Shown: positions 28,464 to 37,980, counted from the stretch's first letter. The stretch is DNA of 64,000 nt from an uncultured Pseudomonadota bacterium (GCA_949298065.1 CASFUZ010000014.1:5395-69394); one strand, 5' to 3'. Program-made: numbers and translations. The notes: a model not told the origin generated them from the sequence alone.

Positions 28464-28495
28464 TTATATCTGACTGAATTTATATCTGACTGAAT
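28464..28495. repeat. perfect tandem direct repeat 2 x 16 bp (ttatatctgactgaat) in the divergent promoter region
   Basis: Begins 4 bp upstream of the SNF2-like ATG; candidate operator/regulator site. Confidence 0.8.
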
Positions 28496-28697
28496 ATAGA
28501 ATATAAACAAAGTTTATTGTATATCAAGCCTTTCATATTTTCTAGCTGTAGCTTATATTTGTTAACAACTTACGCATTTTTACATGCATATATTTTTATC
28601 CCTTACAAAAAAACTGGATTTTTATAACAAAATCAATTATATATAGTAATATTATAACGGCAAGAGCCAAAAAAATTCATCAGGAGGAATTGGCCGA

Positions 28698-29297
28698 ATG
28701 ACTGATAACACCATTACTTGCACAAATTTTTATTCTTTGGAAGAAAACATTATCCATAACTTCACATCCAACAAAAAAGCTGAAATATTAGCACATACCC
28801 TAAAAGTTAAAGACAATGCGCTAGCCTTGGCTAAAAGATTTGTTATAGACTATGAACAAGCCAAAACGGCCGCACTTTTGCATGACATCAGCACACTTAT
28901 CCCTATTGAACATTATATTCCGATGGCAGAAGCTCTTGATTTAGAAATTTTTGCTGTAGAACGTGAAAACCCATATCTTCTTCATCAAAGAATATCTCGC
29001 ATTGTTGCGGTTGAAACATTTAATATTGTAGATAAAGAAGTTCTCAATGCCATCAACTGCCATACAACTCTGCGCAAAAATGCCACCAACTTAGATAAAC
29101 TTCTCTTCTTAGCCGACAAATTAAGTTGGGATAGCAAAGATACTCCGGCTTATATGCCTTTAGTAAAAAAAGCTGCAGAGGTTTCCTTAAATAATGCCAT
29201 CAAATGTTATTTTGAAAATCTGATGCTTAATAAAGATAAAATTAAAACCCCTCACCCTTGGCTTTTGGAAGCTTGGGAAGAAATTCATAACACATAG
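28698..29297 (+). CDS. HD-domain phosphohydrolase (YqeK-like)
   Basis: H...K...LLHDIS HD motif, further His/Asp residues (LLHQRIS, FLADKLS). Strong AGGAGG RBS. Divergent from the SNF2-like operon. Confidence 0.7.
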   Translation: MTDNTITCTNFYSLEENIIHNFTSNKKAEILAHTLKVKDNALALAKRFVIDYEQAKTAALLHDISTLIPIEHYIPMAEALDLEIFAVERENPYLLHQRISRIVAVETFNIVDKEVLNAINCHTTLRKNATNLDKLLFLADKLSWDSKDTPAYMPLVKKAAEVSLNNAIKCYFENLMLNKDKIKTPHPWLLEAWEEIHNT

Positions 29298-29338
29298 TCT
29301 CTTTCAAAATTCCGACAGCAATAACCAAATTTCCCATT

Positions 29339-29439
29339 CTTCTTCTGAAAATCACGATTAATGCGGAAAGTTGTAGGCACTTAGGATTTTGAAAATTTTA
29401 AACGCCCAAATTTCCCATTAAGCGTGATTTTCCTAGAAG
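29339..29439. repeat. imperfect about 24-bp inverted repeat with about 52-bp spacer, each arm preceded by direct repeat ccaaatttcccatt
   Basis: cttcttctgaaaatcacgattaatg versus reverse complement cttctaggaaaatcacgcttaatg; lies between convergent HD and MBOAT-2 genes (overlaps MBOAT-2 stop). Confidence 0.7.
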
Positions 29440-30839
29440 CGGAAATAAATAAACGGATTATACGTTGACGATGCAAGAGATATGGTAGACCAATAAAAAA
29501 GGATAAAAATCCAAATATTAATGATACTACGCAATACCTTATGCTCATATTTTACGTAAAGCATATTTTTAAATATCGGTGCAGAACAAATAATTCCCAA
29601 AACCAACATTAAAATAAACTTATTATTGATACCAAAATCTACTTCTGTCAGAACTTCCGGTTGATTTAGCATAAACATCTGTTGTAAATAATCCCAAGCA
29701 TAATCCATATTAATGGAGCGAAAAGCCACCAGTCCCAAAACAAAGACAAGCATCGCATAGACATGCCTCAATGCTGATATATACTTACTTTCATCTTTAG
29801 GCTTGTGCCAACCGACAAACTTTTCAAAACAAATAAAGATAGCGTTCCAAACACCCCATAATACGAATGTCCAACTTGCTCCATGCCAAACACCGGTAAC
29901 TAAAAAGACCACAAACAAATTGACATAAGTACGCACCGGCGAAACCCTGTTTCCGCCAAGGGGAATATATAAATATTGTTTAAACCACGTTGCCAAAGAG
30001 ATATGCCATCTCTGCCAAAACTCAGAAATAGATTTGGAAATATAGGGATAATTAAAGTTTTCTAAAAACCGAAAGCCAAACATCCGCCCCAAACCAATAG
30101 CCATATCCGAATATCCAGAGAAGTCAAAATAAAGCTGAATAGCATAAGCAATAATTCCGAGCCAAGCATAGCCAAAGCCCAAAGTTTCTGGCTGTTGCAT
30201 AAAGATTCTATCAACCACAACAGCCAAAGTATTAGCTATCAAAACTTTTTTAGCCAAGCCGATAATAAAGCGTTTTAAGCCAAAAGAAACATCGGCAAAA
30301 GTAACTTTTCTGTCATCAATTTGCTCGCAAACATCATGATACTTAACAATCGGTCCGGCAACAAGCTGCGGAAAAAGAACAATATAAAGAGCCAATTTGT
30401 TAATATCGTCCTGAGCCTCAACTTCCCGACGATAAACATCTATCAAATAAGATATGGCTTGAAAGGTATAAAAAGAAATACCAATCGGCATAACCACATC
30501 AATAAAGTCAAGATTAAGCTGTAAAACCGCATTAACATTATCAACGATAAAATTAAAATACTTAAAATAAACCAGGAAACCCAAATCAACCAAAATCGTA
30601 GCTGCCATCGCCAATTTGCGTTTTTTATCATCCAAACATCTATCTACGATTCTGGCCCCCACATAAGTAACAACGATTGTCATAATCATAATTGCCAAAT
30701 ATCTGGGCTCGCCCCAAGCATAAAAGATAATGCTCGCCGCTAACAAGACATAATTTCTGATATCTTTTTTAGAGAGCAAATAAATGCTCATCACCACCGG
30801 CATAAACACAAACAAAAATGTCATAGAACTAAAAAGCAT
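29433..30839 (-). CDS. MBOAT-family membrane-bound O-acyltransferase (AlgI/DltB-like), paralog 2
   Basis: 468 aa; conserved His region VWHGASWTFVLWG; same C-terminus as paralog 1. Confidence 0.85.
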   Translation of the reverse strand: MLFSSMTFLFVFMPVVMSIYLLSKKDIRNYVLLAASIIFYAWGEPRYLAIMIMTIVVTYVGARIVDRCLDDKKRKLAMAATILVDLGFLVYFKYFNFIVDNVNAVLQLNLDFIDVVMPIGISFYTFQAISYLIDVYRREVEAQDDINKLALYIVLFPQLVAGPIVKYHDVCEQIDDRKVTFADVSFGLKRFIIGLAKKVLIANTLAVVVDRIFMQQPETLGFGYAWLGIIAYAIQLYFDFSGYSDMAIGLGRMFGFRFLENFNYPYISKSISEFWQRWHISLATWFKQYLYIPLGGNRVSPVRTYVNLFVVFLVTGVWHGASWTFVLWGVWNAIFICFEKFVGWHKPKDESKYISALRHVYAMLVFVLGLVAFRSINMDYAWDYLQQMFMLNQPEVLTEVDFGINNKFILMLVLGIICSAPIFKNMLYVKYEHKVLRSIINIWIFILFYWSTISLASSTYNPFIYFRF

Positions 30840-30850
30840 TTATTTTTCCT

Positions 30851-32176
30851 TTACTCTTCCGGAGCCTCAATTTTCATCAGACGATTAAGAAAACGCTCGC
30901 CGGTTGCAATAACCAACATATTTGGCGCAAAATTTTCAATATCTTCAGCCATATAGGGAATATCAAAATTTTTTCCATAACCGACATAAATATGCTGCAT
31001 TTCTTTAAAGCTTTCAGCCACATACCAATTCATCCGCAAGAACTGGCTATCTGCGTAAAAAATGGCCTTCAGTTTATTTGCGGGATTATCACTCACAAAG
31101 TCAAAAGTCTCAATCCGCAACTTTTTGTTTACGAACTCATGTTTTACAGCCGTCGTTTGCCTTTTTAAAGAAAAGACATCATAAGTCATATCTTCTTTAG
31201 GGAAGGTTGTTTTTGCATCAATTCCCAAAGCATTGGCAATATCCTCATCGGCACTAAACTGCGGTTCTATATTAAAATCAGCTTCTTTTAAAATCTTAAG
31301 CGACGGAAAATCTTTTTTAAGCATCTTCATCATCTCAAGATATGCAACATAAGCCCCACGATGGTTCCAATGTGTTCCTGTTTTATAATAAAGCAAATGG
31401 TCTTTTTTAGCCTTTTCCAAAGCCTTAATTGGATAAACCACCGGAATATCCGTCTCATTTTTCAAAAATTCATAAGCTTGTTCAATTTTAGCTTGTTCAT
31501 TGACTTTGACATAGCCATCGGGATAAAATTCACCATAAACACGTTCTTTATCCGGCACCAACATCAAATAGAGTTTAATATTTCTTTTTGCCAACCAAGA
31601 CTGCAGATTTTCCAAACGATATTTAATTTTAGAAAGTTCCTCATCATCAAACAAATACTTGTTACGGAACATATCTTCGGAGTTCCACCTTTTGGTAAAC
31701 AACCAATTTTCTTTGCCGGCCATGGCATCAAAATTCTTCAACTCATTATTAATTAGCAAATCAATCATCTTGCTGTTTTTAATAAACTGACGCCGACCAA
31801 AGAAACGATCATTAAACCAGTTTTCAAAATCCTTACCAAAATTATAATTTACTAACCCTGTTTCATCATCAATAAGCGGCACATATTTAGCCAAAGACCT
31901 ATTTTCCTGTACCGAAATTTCATCACGGTTAATATGCAAAATCGGCACAAACATAAAAGCCACAACACAAACCACAAAAACAATATCTATACGCGAATTA
32001 TTTTCAACAATCTTAAAACGCGCCAAATATTGCACCAACTTATAGCAAATCATATAAGAAAGTGTGATGATGATGATAAAAAGTTTATAATCAAAACCGA
32101 CATCTGTCAGATAAAGCCGATGTCCCCACAAGGTAAGCAACAGCGTCAGGATAATACTTATAATTAAACGTCGCAT
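30851..32176 (-). CDS. AlgJ/AlgX-like polysaccharide O-acetylation protein, paralog 2
   Basis: N-terminal TM helices; shares LVPDKERVYGEF and YKTGTHWNHRGAYVAY motifs with 19058-20182. Confidence 0.6.
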   Translation of the reverse strand: MRRLIISIILTLLLTLWGHRLYLTDVGFDYKLFIIIITLSYMICYKLVQYLARFKIVENNSRIDIVFVVCVVAFMFVPILHINRDEISVQENRSLAKYVPLIDDETGLVNYNFGKDFENWFNDRFFGRRQFIKNSKMIDLLINNELKNFDAMAGKENWLFTKRWNSEDMFRNKYLFDDEELSKIKYRLENLQSWLAKRNIKLYLMLVPDKERVYGEFYPDGYVKVNEQAKIEQAYEFLKNETDIPVVYPIKALEKAKKDHLLYYKTGTHWNHRGAYVAYLEMMKMLKKDFPSLKILKEADFNIEPQFSADEDIANALGIDAKTTFPKEDMTYDVFSLKRQTTAVKHEFVNKKLRIETFDFVSDNPANKLKAIFYADSQFLRMNWYVAESFKEMQHIYVGYGKNFDIPYMAEDIENFAPNMLVIATGERFLNRLMKIEAPEE

Positions 32177-32267
32177 TCAAAAAATCCACAAGTTAACTTT
32201 GTTTTTGAAGTTAGATATAAAAACTCTGCTTGTCAACCACACATTCACTTAGGTGTGAACAATACAA

Positions 32268-33215
32268 CTACATATCGCACAAATAAGCTTTTATTTCCTG
32301 ATAAACAGCCTCATTGAGCTGTGATCCGAAATGCCCTCGCCCCGGCACAATCACAAACTTTGACTTTGGAAGTTTCTTATGCAGATTATAAGCGGATTGT
32401 ATCGGACAAACCATATCCAAACGATTATGAACCATCAGCACCGGAATATGGGCAATTTTTTGAACATTTTTTGCAATCTGATTTTCAGCCAAGAAATAAC
32501 GTTTACTCAAATAGGTTAAAGAGATTCTGATTTCCGCCAAATCTTCGGGAGACAATTCTTTGTAGCCGAGTTTAGGATTAACCGCGCCCAAACAGCGTTC
32601 ATAACTTCCGGCCAAGTTCGCGGCTTTAACCTGTTTCATAATATCATCCGAATTGATTAAATCAGCATAATATTCCAACACCGGCTCACCTTTTTTGACT
32701 TCCTTTTCAATTTTTTCCCAAATATCGGGATAAAACAAGCGGCTGGTTTCCACATTCCAATTTTGCCCAATCTCATCAGCCAAATAGATTTGCGAAACCA
32801 AAATTTTCTCCACTCTTTCAGGATATTTTTCAGCAAAAAGCAAAGCCAGTGTAGATCCCCAAGAAGCCCCGCGAAGAATAATTTTGCCATCAACATTCAA
32901 ATAATCCAAAAGCCTTACGGCATCATCAATCAAAGCTTCGGTATTATTATTTTTCATCTCGCCTAAAGGAAGGGACTTTCCGCAGCCTCTTTGGTCAAAC
33001 AAAATCACTCTGTGCTTTTTTCGGTCAAAAGGAAGGGCATAGCGCAAATTCATACCGCCGCCGGGACCTCCATGAAAAACCAACACAGGCGTACCATTCG
33101 GATTACCCATCTCCACAAAATATATCTGATGCCCGTCAAACTCAGGTAAATATCCCTGGTTAAAAATTTTCGGTGCCCAAATCTTACGCCATATGTTTTT
33201 TAACTTCATATTCAC
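32268..33215 (-). CDS. alpha/beta hydrolase, prolyl aminopeptidase (S33) family
   Basis: HGGPGGG oxyanion motif, nucleophile elbow GASWGSTLAL, C-terminal His. Confidence 0.8.
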   Translation of the reverse strand: MNMKLKNIWRKIWAPKIFNQGYLPEFDGHQIYFVEMGNPNGTPVLVFHGGPGGGMNLRYALPFDRKKHRVILFDQRGCGKSLPLGEMKNNNTEALIDDAVRLLDYLNVDGKIILRGASWGSTLALLFAEKYPERVEKILVSQIYLADEIGQNWNVETSRLFYPDIWEKIEKEVKKGEPVLEYYADLINSDDIMKQVKAANLAGSYERCLGAVNPKLGYKELSPEDLAEIRISLTYLSKRYFLAENQIAKNVQKIAHIPVLMVHNRLDMVCPIQSAYNLHKKLPKSKFVIVPGRGHFGSQLNEAVYQEIKAYLCDM

Positions 33216-33216
33216 C

Positions 33217-34815
33217 TCATAAAAAGTGTGTTTCTTTTATTGTTCTTTCAAGAGCTTTTTCTAAAGAAAACTTTGGATTATATCCCAATAATTTTTTAGC
33301 TTTAGATATATTTGCCACCTTTCTTTTAACATGAACCGCACTGGAGGACAAAAACTCTACTTCAATTTTCTTATCCAAAATTTTTTCCAAAAGCTTAAGC
33401 AATTTTCCAAGACAAACGGCTTTACCACTCGCTAAATTGAAGACATCAAATTTTTTCGGATATTTCCAAGCTTTTTCTATACCATCAACAACATCATCAA
33501 TATAAACAAAATCTCTTTTATCTTTTTCGCCATAATGTAGCTGAACTTTTGTATGATTTCGTACCGAATTTAATAAATTTCCGATAACACCGTCCGAAAA
33601 TTGCCCTGGTCCGAACACATTAAAAAAGCGCAGGCAAATTGCCGATAAACCATATAACTTGGTATAAGTATATATTAATGTTTCAGCAGCAGATTTAACG
33701 GCACCTTCCAAAGAGCACGGTCTTGAAGCACTACATTTTTCACTAAAAGTCCAACGTTTATCTTTGCCGTACACAGCTGCCGATGATCCCAAAATCAACT
33801 TTTTAGCCTTAAACTTCCGCATATTTTCCAAAACATTAAATATGCCCTCAAGTTCTTCTTTAACATCTGTTGTTTTTTGCGTAGCTCTCACCTTTTCTTG
33901 AAAATAAAAAACAACATCCGGCTTATTTTCTAAAAAAACTTTTTCCAAAAACTCATTATTAAAAACATTTCCTTGATAAAACTTATAATTTTTATTGCTT
34001 TCGTTTTGGGCAAGATTTTGTTTTTTCAAACCGGCATCAAAAACACCATCAAAATCATCAATAACCACAACCCTTGAATTTAACTGCAACATTCTTTCTG
34101 TGACGGCAGCACCAACAAAACCACAACCGCCGACAATCAAAACTTTTGGATTATGCGGATAAATAGCAAAATCAGGAGATGGACAACGAGCATTTTTTAC
34201 AAAAAGATTCTTTACATCATAACCATTTTTCCAAAGTACATAAGTAAAACTCAGCTGATCTCTTTTACTAAAATCTCTAACAAAGCTCCACCACATATCC
34301 ATAGTTTTCATAATTTCGGGTTTAAGATGTTTCCGATAAAGAACATTTGTTTCAGCGAGCCCCCATTTTTTAGGAAATCCGTCATCTTCAAGCAATTTTT
34401 CTTGGTGTCTGATAACATCAACATCATCATACCCAAGCTTTTCAACTTCTGCAAATTCATCATAAATACAATCTCGGCAAAAATGTACCGGCACTAAAAT
34501 ATCCGTTTTTCTTTTTAAAATTTGTTCAAAAATATACGAGCTTAAAATATTGACATTACTATCACACCATATACTCTGCTCATATTCAGGAAAAAGCTTG
34601 TGTGGATTAATTTTATGATAACGACTATTTCTGGTATTATCTCTTTCTTGAAAAGCCAGTGGTCTTATTTTCCAAACACCAACATTTTTTTGAGCCACCA
34701 AATTTTCATCATCGGTAAAACACACATAATCCCAATTTTCATCAACATACACAGGCTGTCTAAGTGTATCATAATTACCGGTTAAACAAGTATAAACAAC
34801 CCCAAGCTGAACCAT
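33217..34815 (-). CDS. two-domain protein: N-terminal putative glycosyltransferase-like domain (DUF616/TOD1-like; uncertain) fused to C-terminal NAD-dependent epimerase/dehydratase (extended SDR)
   Basis: N-terminus VYTCLTGNYD...CFTDD. From about residue 230, Rossmann motif VLIVGGCGFVGAAV and catalytic YxxxK-like AAVYGKDK/YTYTKLYG. Confidence 0.65.
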   Translation of the reverse strand: MVQLGVVYTCLTGNYDTLRQPVYVDENWDYVCFTDDENLVAQKNVGVWKIRPLAFQERDNTRNSRYHKINPHKLFPEYEQSIWCDSNVNILSSYIFEQILKRKTDILVPVHFCRDCIYDEFAEVEKLGYDDVDVIRHQEKLLEDDGFPKKWGLAETNVLYRKHLKPEIMKTMDMWWSFVRDFSKRDQLSFTYVLWKNGYDVKNLFVKNARCPSPDFAIYPHNPKVLIVGGCGFVGAAVTERMLQLNSRVVVIDDFDGVFDAGLKKQNLAQNESNKNYKFYQGNVFNNEFLEKVFLENKPDVVFYFQEKVRATQKTTDVKEELEGIFNVLENMRKFKAKKLILGSSAAVYGKDKRWTFSEKCSASRPCSLEGAVKSAAETLIYTYTKLYGLSAICLRFFNVFGPGQFSDGVIGNLLNSVRNHTKVQLHYGEKDKRDFVYIDDVVDGIEKAWKYPKKFDVFNLASGKAVCLGKLLKLLEKILDKKIEVEFLSSSAVHVKRKVANISKAKKLLGYNPKFSLEKALERTIKETHFL

Positions 34816-34971
34816 AGTTACAGTCCTTAAAAAATTTTCAACTTAATTTAAAGTATACAACGCTTTTATATTAGTCAACCAACATTAAAAATAAAATAAA
34901 TTTTGTTTGCCGAATTTTTACCTTTAAGTCATAATATGACCATATTAAATAAATTAAATATAGAGAAATTT

Positions 34972-36156
34972 ATGAGTTCAGAAATTTGCTTGCATAATGC
35001 CACGGTTCTAACCGGTTATTCGGTTATGAAAAACTGTGCGGTTTTAATCAAAAGTTACAAAATCATAGATGTTTTCAATGAGGCCAGATTCGCCACCAAA
35101 CAATTCAAAGATGACGTAAAGTTCATAGACCTCAAAGGTGCATACATCGCCCCCGGCTATATGGACACCCACATCCACGGCATTGAAGGACACGGCACGG
35201 ATGACCAATCCACCGATTCTATTTTAAAGATGTCTGAATCTCTGACCAAATACGGTGTAACCTCCTTCATCCCGACCTTATATTCTTCTCCTAAAGAAAA
35301 GATGCTAAAAGACATTAAAGCAATCACAGCAGCTATAGGCAAAGAAAAAGGCGCGAAGATTCTCGGTCTTCATCTGGAGGGACCTTTTATCTCTCCTGAA
35401 CGTTTAGGCGTTCAAACGCCGGATTCTTTAAGCCCTGTTGACTTGAACCTGATGGAAGAATTATGGAAAGCCTCAAAAGGCAAAATTATTAATATGACGG
35501 TTGCACCGGAACTTAAAGGCATGAGAGAACTTTCGCTATATTGCATCGGCAAAGGTATTGTCCTGCAAGCCGGACATACCAATGCAAACTATAATCAGAT
35601 GGTTGAAGGCATGCAGGTACGTATTTTGCACGTAACCCACTTGTTTAATGCCATGAGCCGCATGCACCACCGCGACCCAAATGCAGTAGGTGCAGTCTTT
35701 ATACATCCTGAAATCTCCTGTGAGATTATTGCCGACGGCATTCATATTAACCCGAACCTGATTAAATTTTTACTCAGATGTAAACCGATAGATAAATTGG
35801 TACTGGTAACAGATTCGCTCAAACCGACCAAACAAAAAGAATTGCCCCTAATGGCAAACGGCGAAGAAGTATATTTAGACGGCTGTTTTTATCGCAAATC
35901 AGACAATGTTATTGCCGGCTCGGCACTCACGATGAGTGATGGTGTCAAAAACTTAGTTTCTTTTGGCATTAGCTTAGACCAAGCTATCCAAATGGCTTCC
36001 ACCAATCCGGCCAATATTATGAGACAAGAACATTTAGGGCTCATCGCCCCCGGCTATGATGCCGATTTGGTTGTTTTAGACCAAGACCTCAACCCGCTAT
36101 ATACCATCGTCAAAGGCGAATTTTTCAAAGAAGGAGAAAAACTATGCGCGTTATAA
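34972..36156 (+). CDS. nagA: N-acetylglucosamine-6-phosphate deacetylase
   Basis: Amidohydrolase HxH motif ([13 protein letters not shown]), NagA-length; alternative start at 34903. Confidence 0.85.
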   Translation: MSSEICLHNATVLTGYSVMKNCAVLIKSYKIIDVFNEARFATKQFKDDVKFIDLKGAYIAPGYMDTHIHGIEGHGTDDQSTDSILKMSESLTKYGVTSFIPTLYSSPKEKMLKDIKAITAAIGKEKGAKILGLHLEGPFISPERLGVQTPDSLSPVDLNLMEELWKASKGKIINMTVAPELKGMRELSLYCIGKGIVLQAGHTNANYNQMVEGMQVRILHVTHLFNAMSRMHHRDPNAVGAVFIHPEISCEIIADGIHINPNLIKFLLRCKPIDKLVLVTDSLKPTKQKELPLMANGEEVYLDGCFYRKSDNVIAGSALTMSDGVKNLVSFGISLDQAIQMASTNPANIMRQEHLGLIAPGYDADLVVLDQDLNPLYTIVKGEFFKEGEKLCAL

Positions 36157-36947
36157 TCAGACCGGACTACGACAAATGCTCCGTTTGGGCAGCAAATTAT
36201 ATTGCTTATAAAATAAATGGTTTTCGCCCAACCGCTGATAGGCCTTTTGTTCTTGGCTTACCGACAGGTTCCACGCCACTCGGAACTTATAAAGAGCTGA
36301 TAAAGCTTCATCAAGCCGGCAAACTCTCCTTTGAAAATGTCATTACTTTTAATATGGATGAATACATCGGCTTAGATGAAAATCATCCGCAAAGCTACCA
36401 TTATTTTATGTGGGAAAACTTTTTCAAACATATCAATATCAAAAAAGAAAATGTCCATATGCTTAATGGTATGACCAAAGATTATGCCAAAGAGTGCCGC
36501 GAATATGAAGAACAAATCAAAGCTTGCGGCGGCATTAAGTTGTTTTTGGGTGGCGTTGGCTCGGATGGACATATTGCCTTCAACGAACCGGGCTCATCCC
36601 TAACCTCTCGCACAAGGGTCAAAACCTTAACCACAGAAACCATACAAGCAAATTCACGCTTCTTTGACAACGACATCAATCAAGTTCCGAGAACGGCTTT
36701 AACCGTTGGCGTTGGTACAATTTGTGATGCGGAAGAAGTCATGATTTTAGCAACCGGAACCAACAAAGCAAGAGCTTTGCACCACGCCATTGAAGGAAGC
36801 ATTAACCATATGTGGACCATCAGTATTTTACAAATGCATCAACACGCCATCATTGTTTGCGATGATGAAGCCACCAAAGAACTCAAAGCTGATACGGTCA
36901 AATATTTCAAAGACATTGAACAAAGCAACTTCGTCAATGTGAAATAA
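36144..36947 (+). CDS. nagB: glucosamine-6-phosphate deaminase
   Basis: NagB motifs ([32 protein letters not shown]); overlaps nagA stop. Confidence 0.9.
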   Translation: MRVIIRPDYDKCSVWAANYIAYKINGFRPTADRPFVLGLPTGSTPLGTYKELIKLHQAGKLSFENVITFNMDEYIGLDENHPQSYHYFMWENFFKHINIKKENVHMLNGMTKDYAKECREYEEQIKACGGIKLFLGGVGSDGHIAFNEPGSSLTSRTRVKTLTTETIQANSRFFDNDINQVPRTALTVGVGTICDAEEVMILATGTNKARALHHAIEGSINHMWTISILQMHQHAIIVCDDEATKELKADTVKYFKDIEQSNFVNVK

Positions 36948-36955
36948 CTAAAAGA

Positions 36956-36986
36956 AAAAGCCTCCAAAAATTGGAGGCTTTTTAAT
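36956..36986 (+). terminator. intrinsic terminator after nagB
   Basis: aagcctcca-aaaat-tggaggctt hairpin then T5. Confidence 0.75.
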
Positions 36987-36987
36987 A

Positions 36988-37135
36988 CTATATTAGTTAC
37001 CCATTCCTGTAAAAACTCGGAGAATGCGGTAAATAATAAGAAACAAGGGGAAAATTTTTTGAGTGTACAAGAAGTACATTACTAAAAATTTTACCCTGCA
37101 GTTTCTGTATTAGTTACCCACTATACAAGCTTTTT
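36988..37135. repeat. small repeat element, copy 1 (about 148 bp) bounded by about 30-bp direct repeats ctRtattagttaccca.t
   Basis: Homologous to 45758-46016. Shared blocks: ggagaatgMgRYaRataRtaagaaaYaagg and ccctg...tttctgtaYtagYtRYccaYtatacaaRctttt. Internal palindrome gtgtacaagaagtacat. Confidence 0.75.
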
Positions 37136-37900
37136 CTAGTTGAGCCAAAATTCTATCGTAGACACCACTCTAACTCTTTTATTGATTTGCGAGCTTTCAG
37201 ATTCTCCGGCTATGGCTAAAAGCGGCTGAATAGAAAATACGCCTTGAGAAGCGCGGCGAATTTTGCCAACTTCGCTACCCGAACTTTTCGCAAACTCCAA
37301 AGCGGCCTGACGTGCATTTCTCGTTGCTTCTTCAAGCATTTGAGGTTTAATATCATTAAGACGCGTAAAAATATAAGACACGGGAGAACCATAAGTTTGG
37401 CTGTCAAAAACCACACCTTTGGCAACAAGCTCCCCGCTTGAACGAAGCGTTTGTTCAATCAAATCAACTTTTTCACTACGCAACGTAACTGTCTGGTTTA
37501 AGATATAACGAGCGGCAAAATCCTTATCCCGATAAGGATTCGTCATCAGGTCGTTGGTCTCAATCCGTCCTTCTGAAATTTCGTTTGCATCAAAACCTTT
37601 TTCAATCAGATAATTTTTAATAAGAGAAAGATTGCTTGCCATATTTTTTTGCACGGTCAACAAATCATTACCTGTTGCCACAAATTTGATGTTCCAGATT
37701 CCCAAATCCGCCTTAACATCCATTTCTGCCAGGCCTTTGACCGTAACAAAATTATCTTTAAGCTTGGCCTGATAGTAATAATATCCGGGAAAGAAACCGC
37801 CCAAAGCAATACCCAAAGCAAGAATAACAAAGGCCCAAAGTTTTTTGCCACAACATTTTGAAGTTTCGCAAGCATTTTCAGACATATCATCACTCCTCAA
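37136..37900 (-). CDS. SIMPL/DUF541-domain protein (BP26/OMP28-like periplasmic protein)
   Basis: N-terminal TM/signal; SIMPL-like pattern FVTVKGLAEMDVKAD...TVTLRS...EATRNARQAALEFAK...VVSTIEF. Confidence 0.65.
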   Translation of the reverse strand: MRSDDMSENACETSKCCGKKLWAFVILALGIALGGFFPGYYYYQAKLKDNFVTVKGLAEMDVKADLGIWNIKFVATGNDLLTVQKNMASNLSLIKNYLIEKGFDANEISEGRIETNDLMTNPYRDKDFAARYILNQTVTLRSEKVDLIEQTLRSSGELVAKGVVFDSQTYGSPVSYIFTRLNDIKPQMLEEATRNARQAALEFAKSSGSEVGKIRRASQGVFSIQPLLAIAGESESSQINKRVRVVSTIEFWLN

Positions 37901-37980
37901 AAATCATTTAGAAAAGCATGGTAGCACAAAGCTTAAGCAAGTCAACAATTAGAGAACAGATTTAAATAGGAATAAAATCC

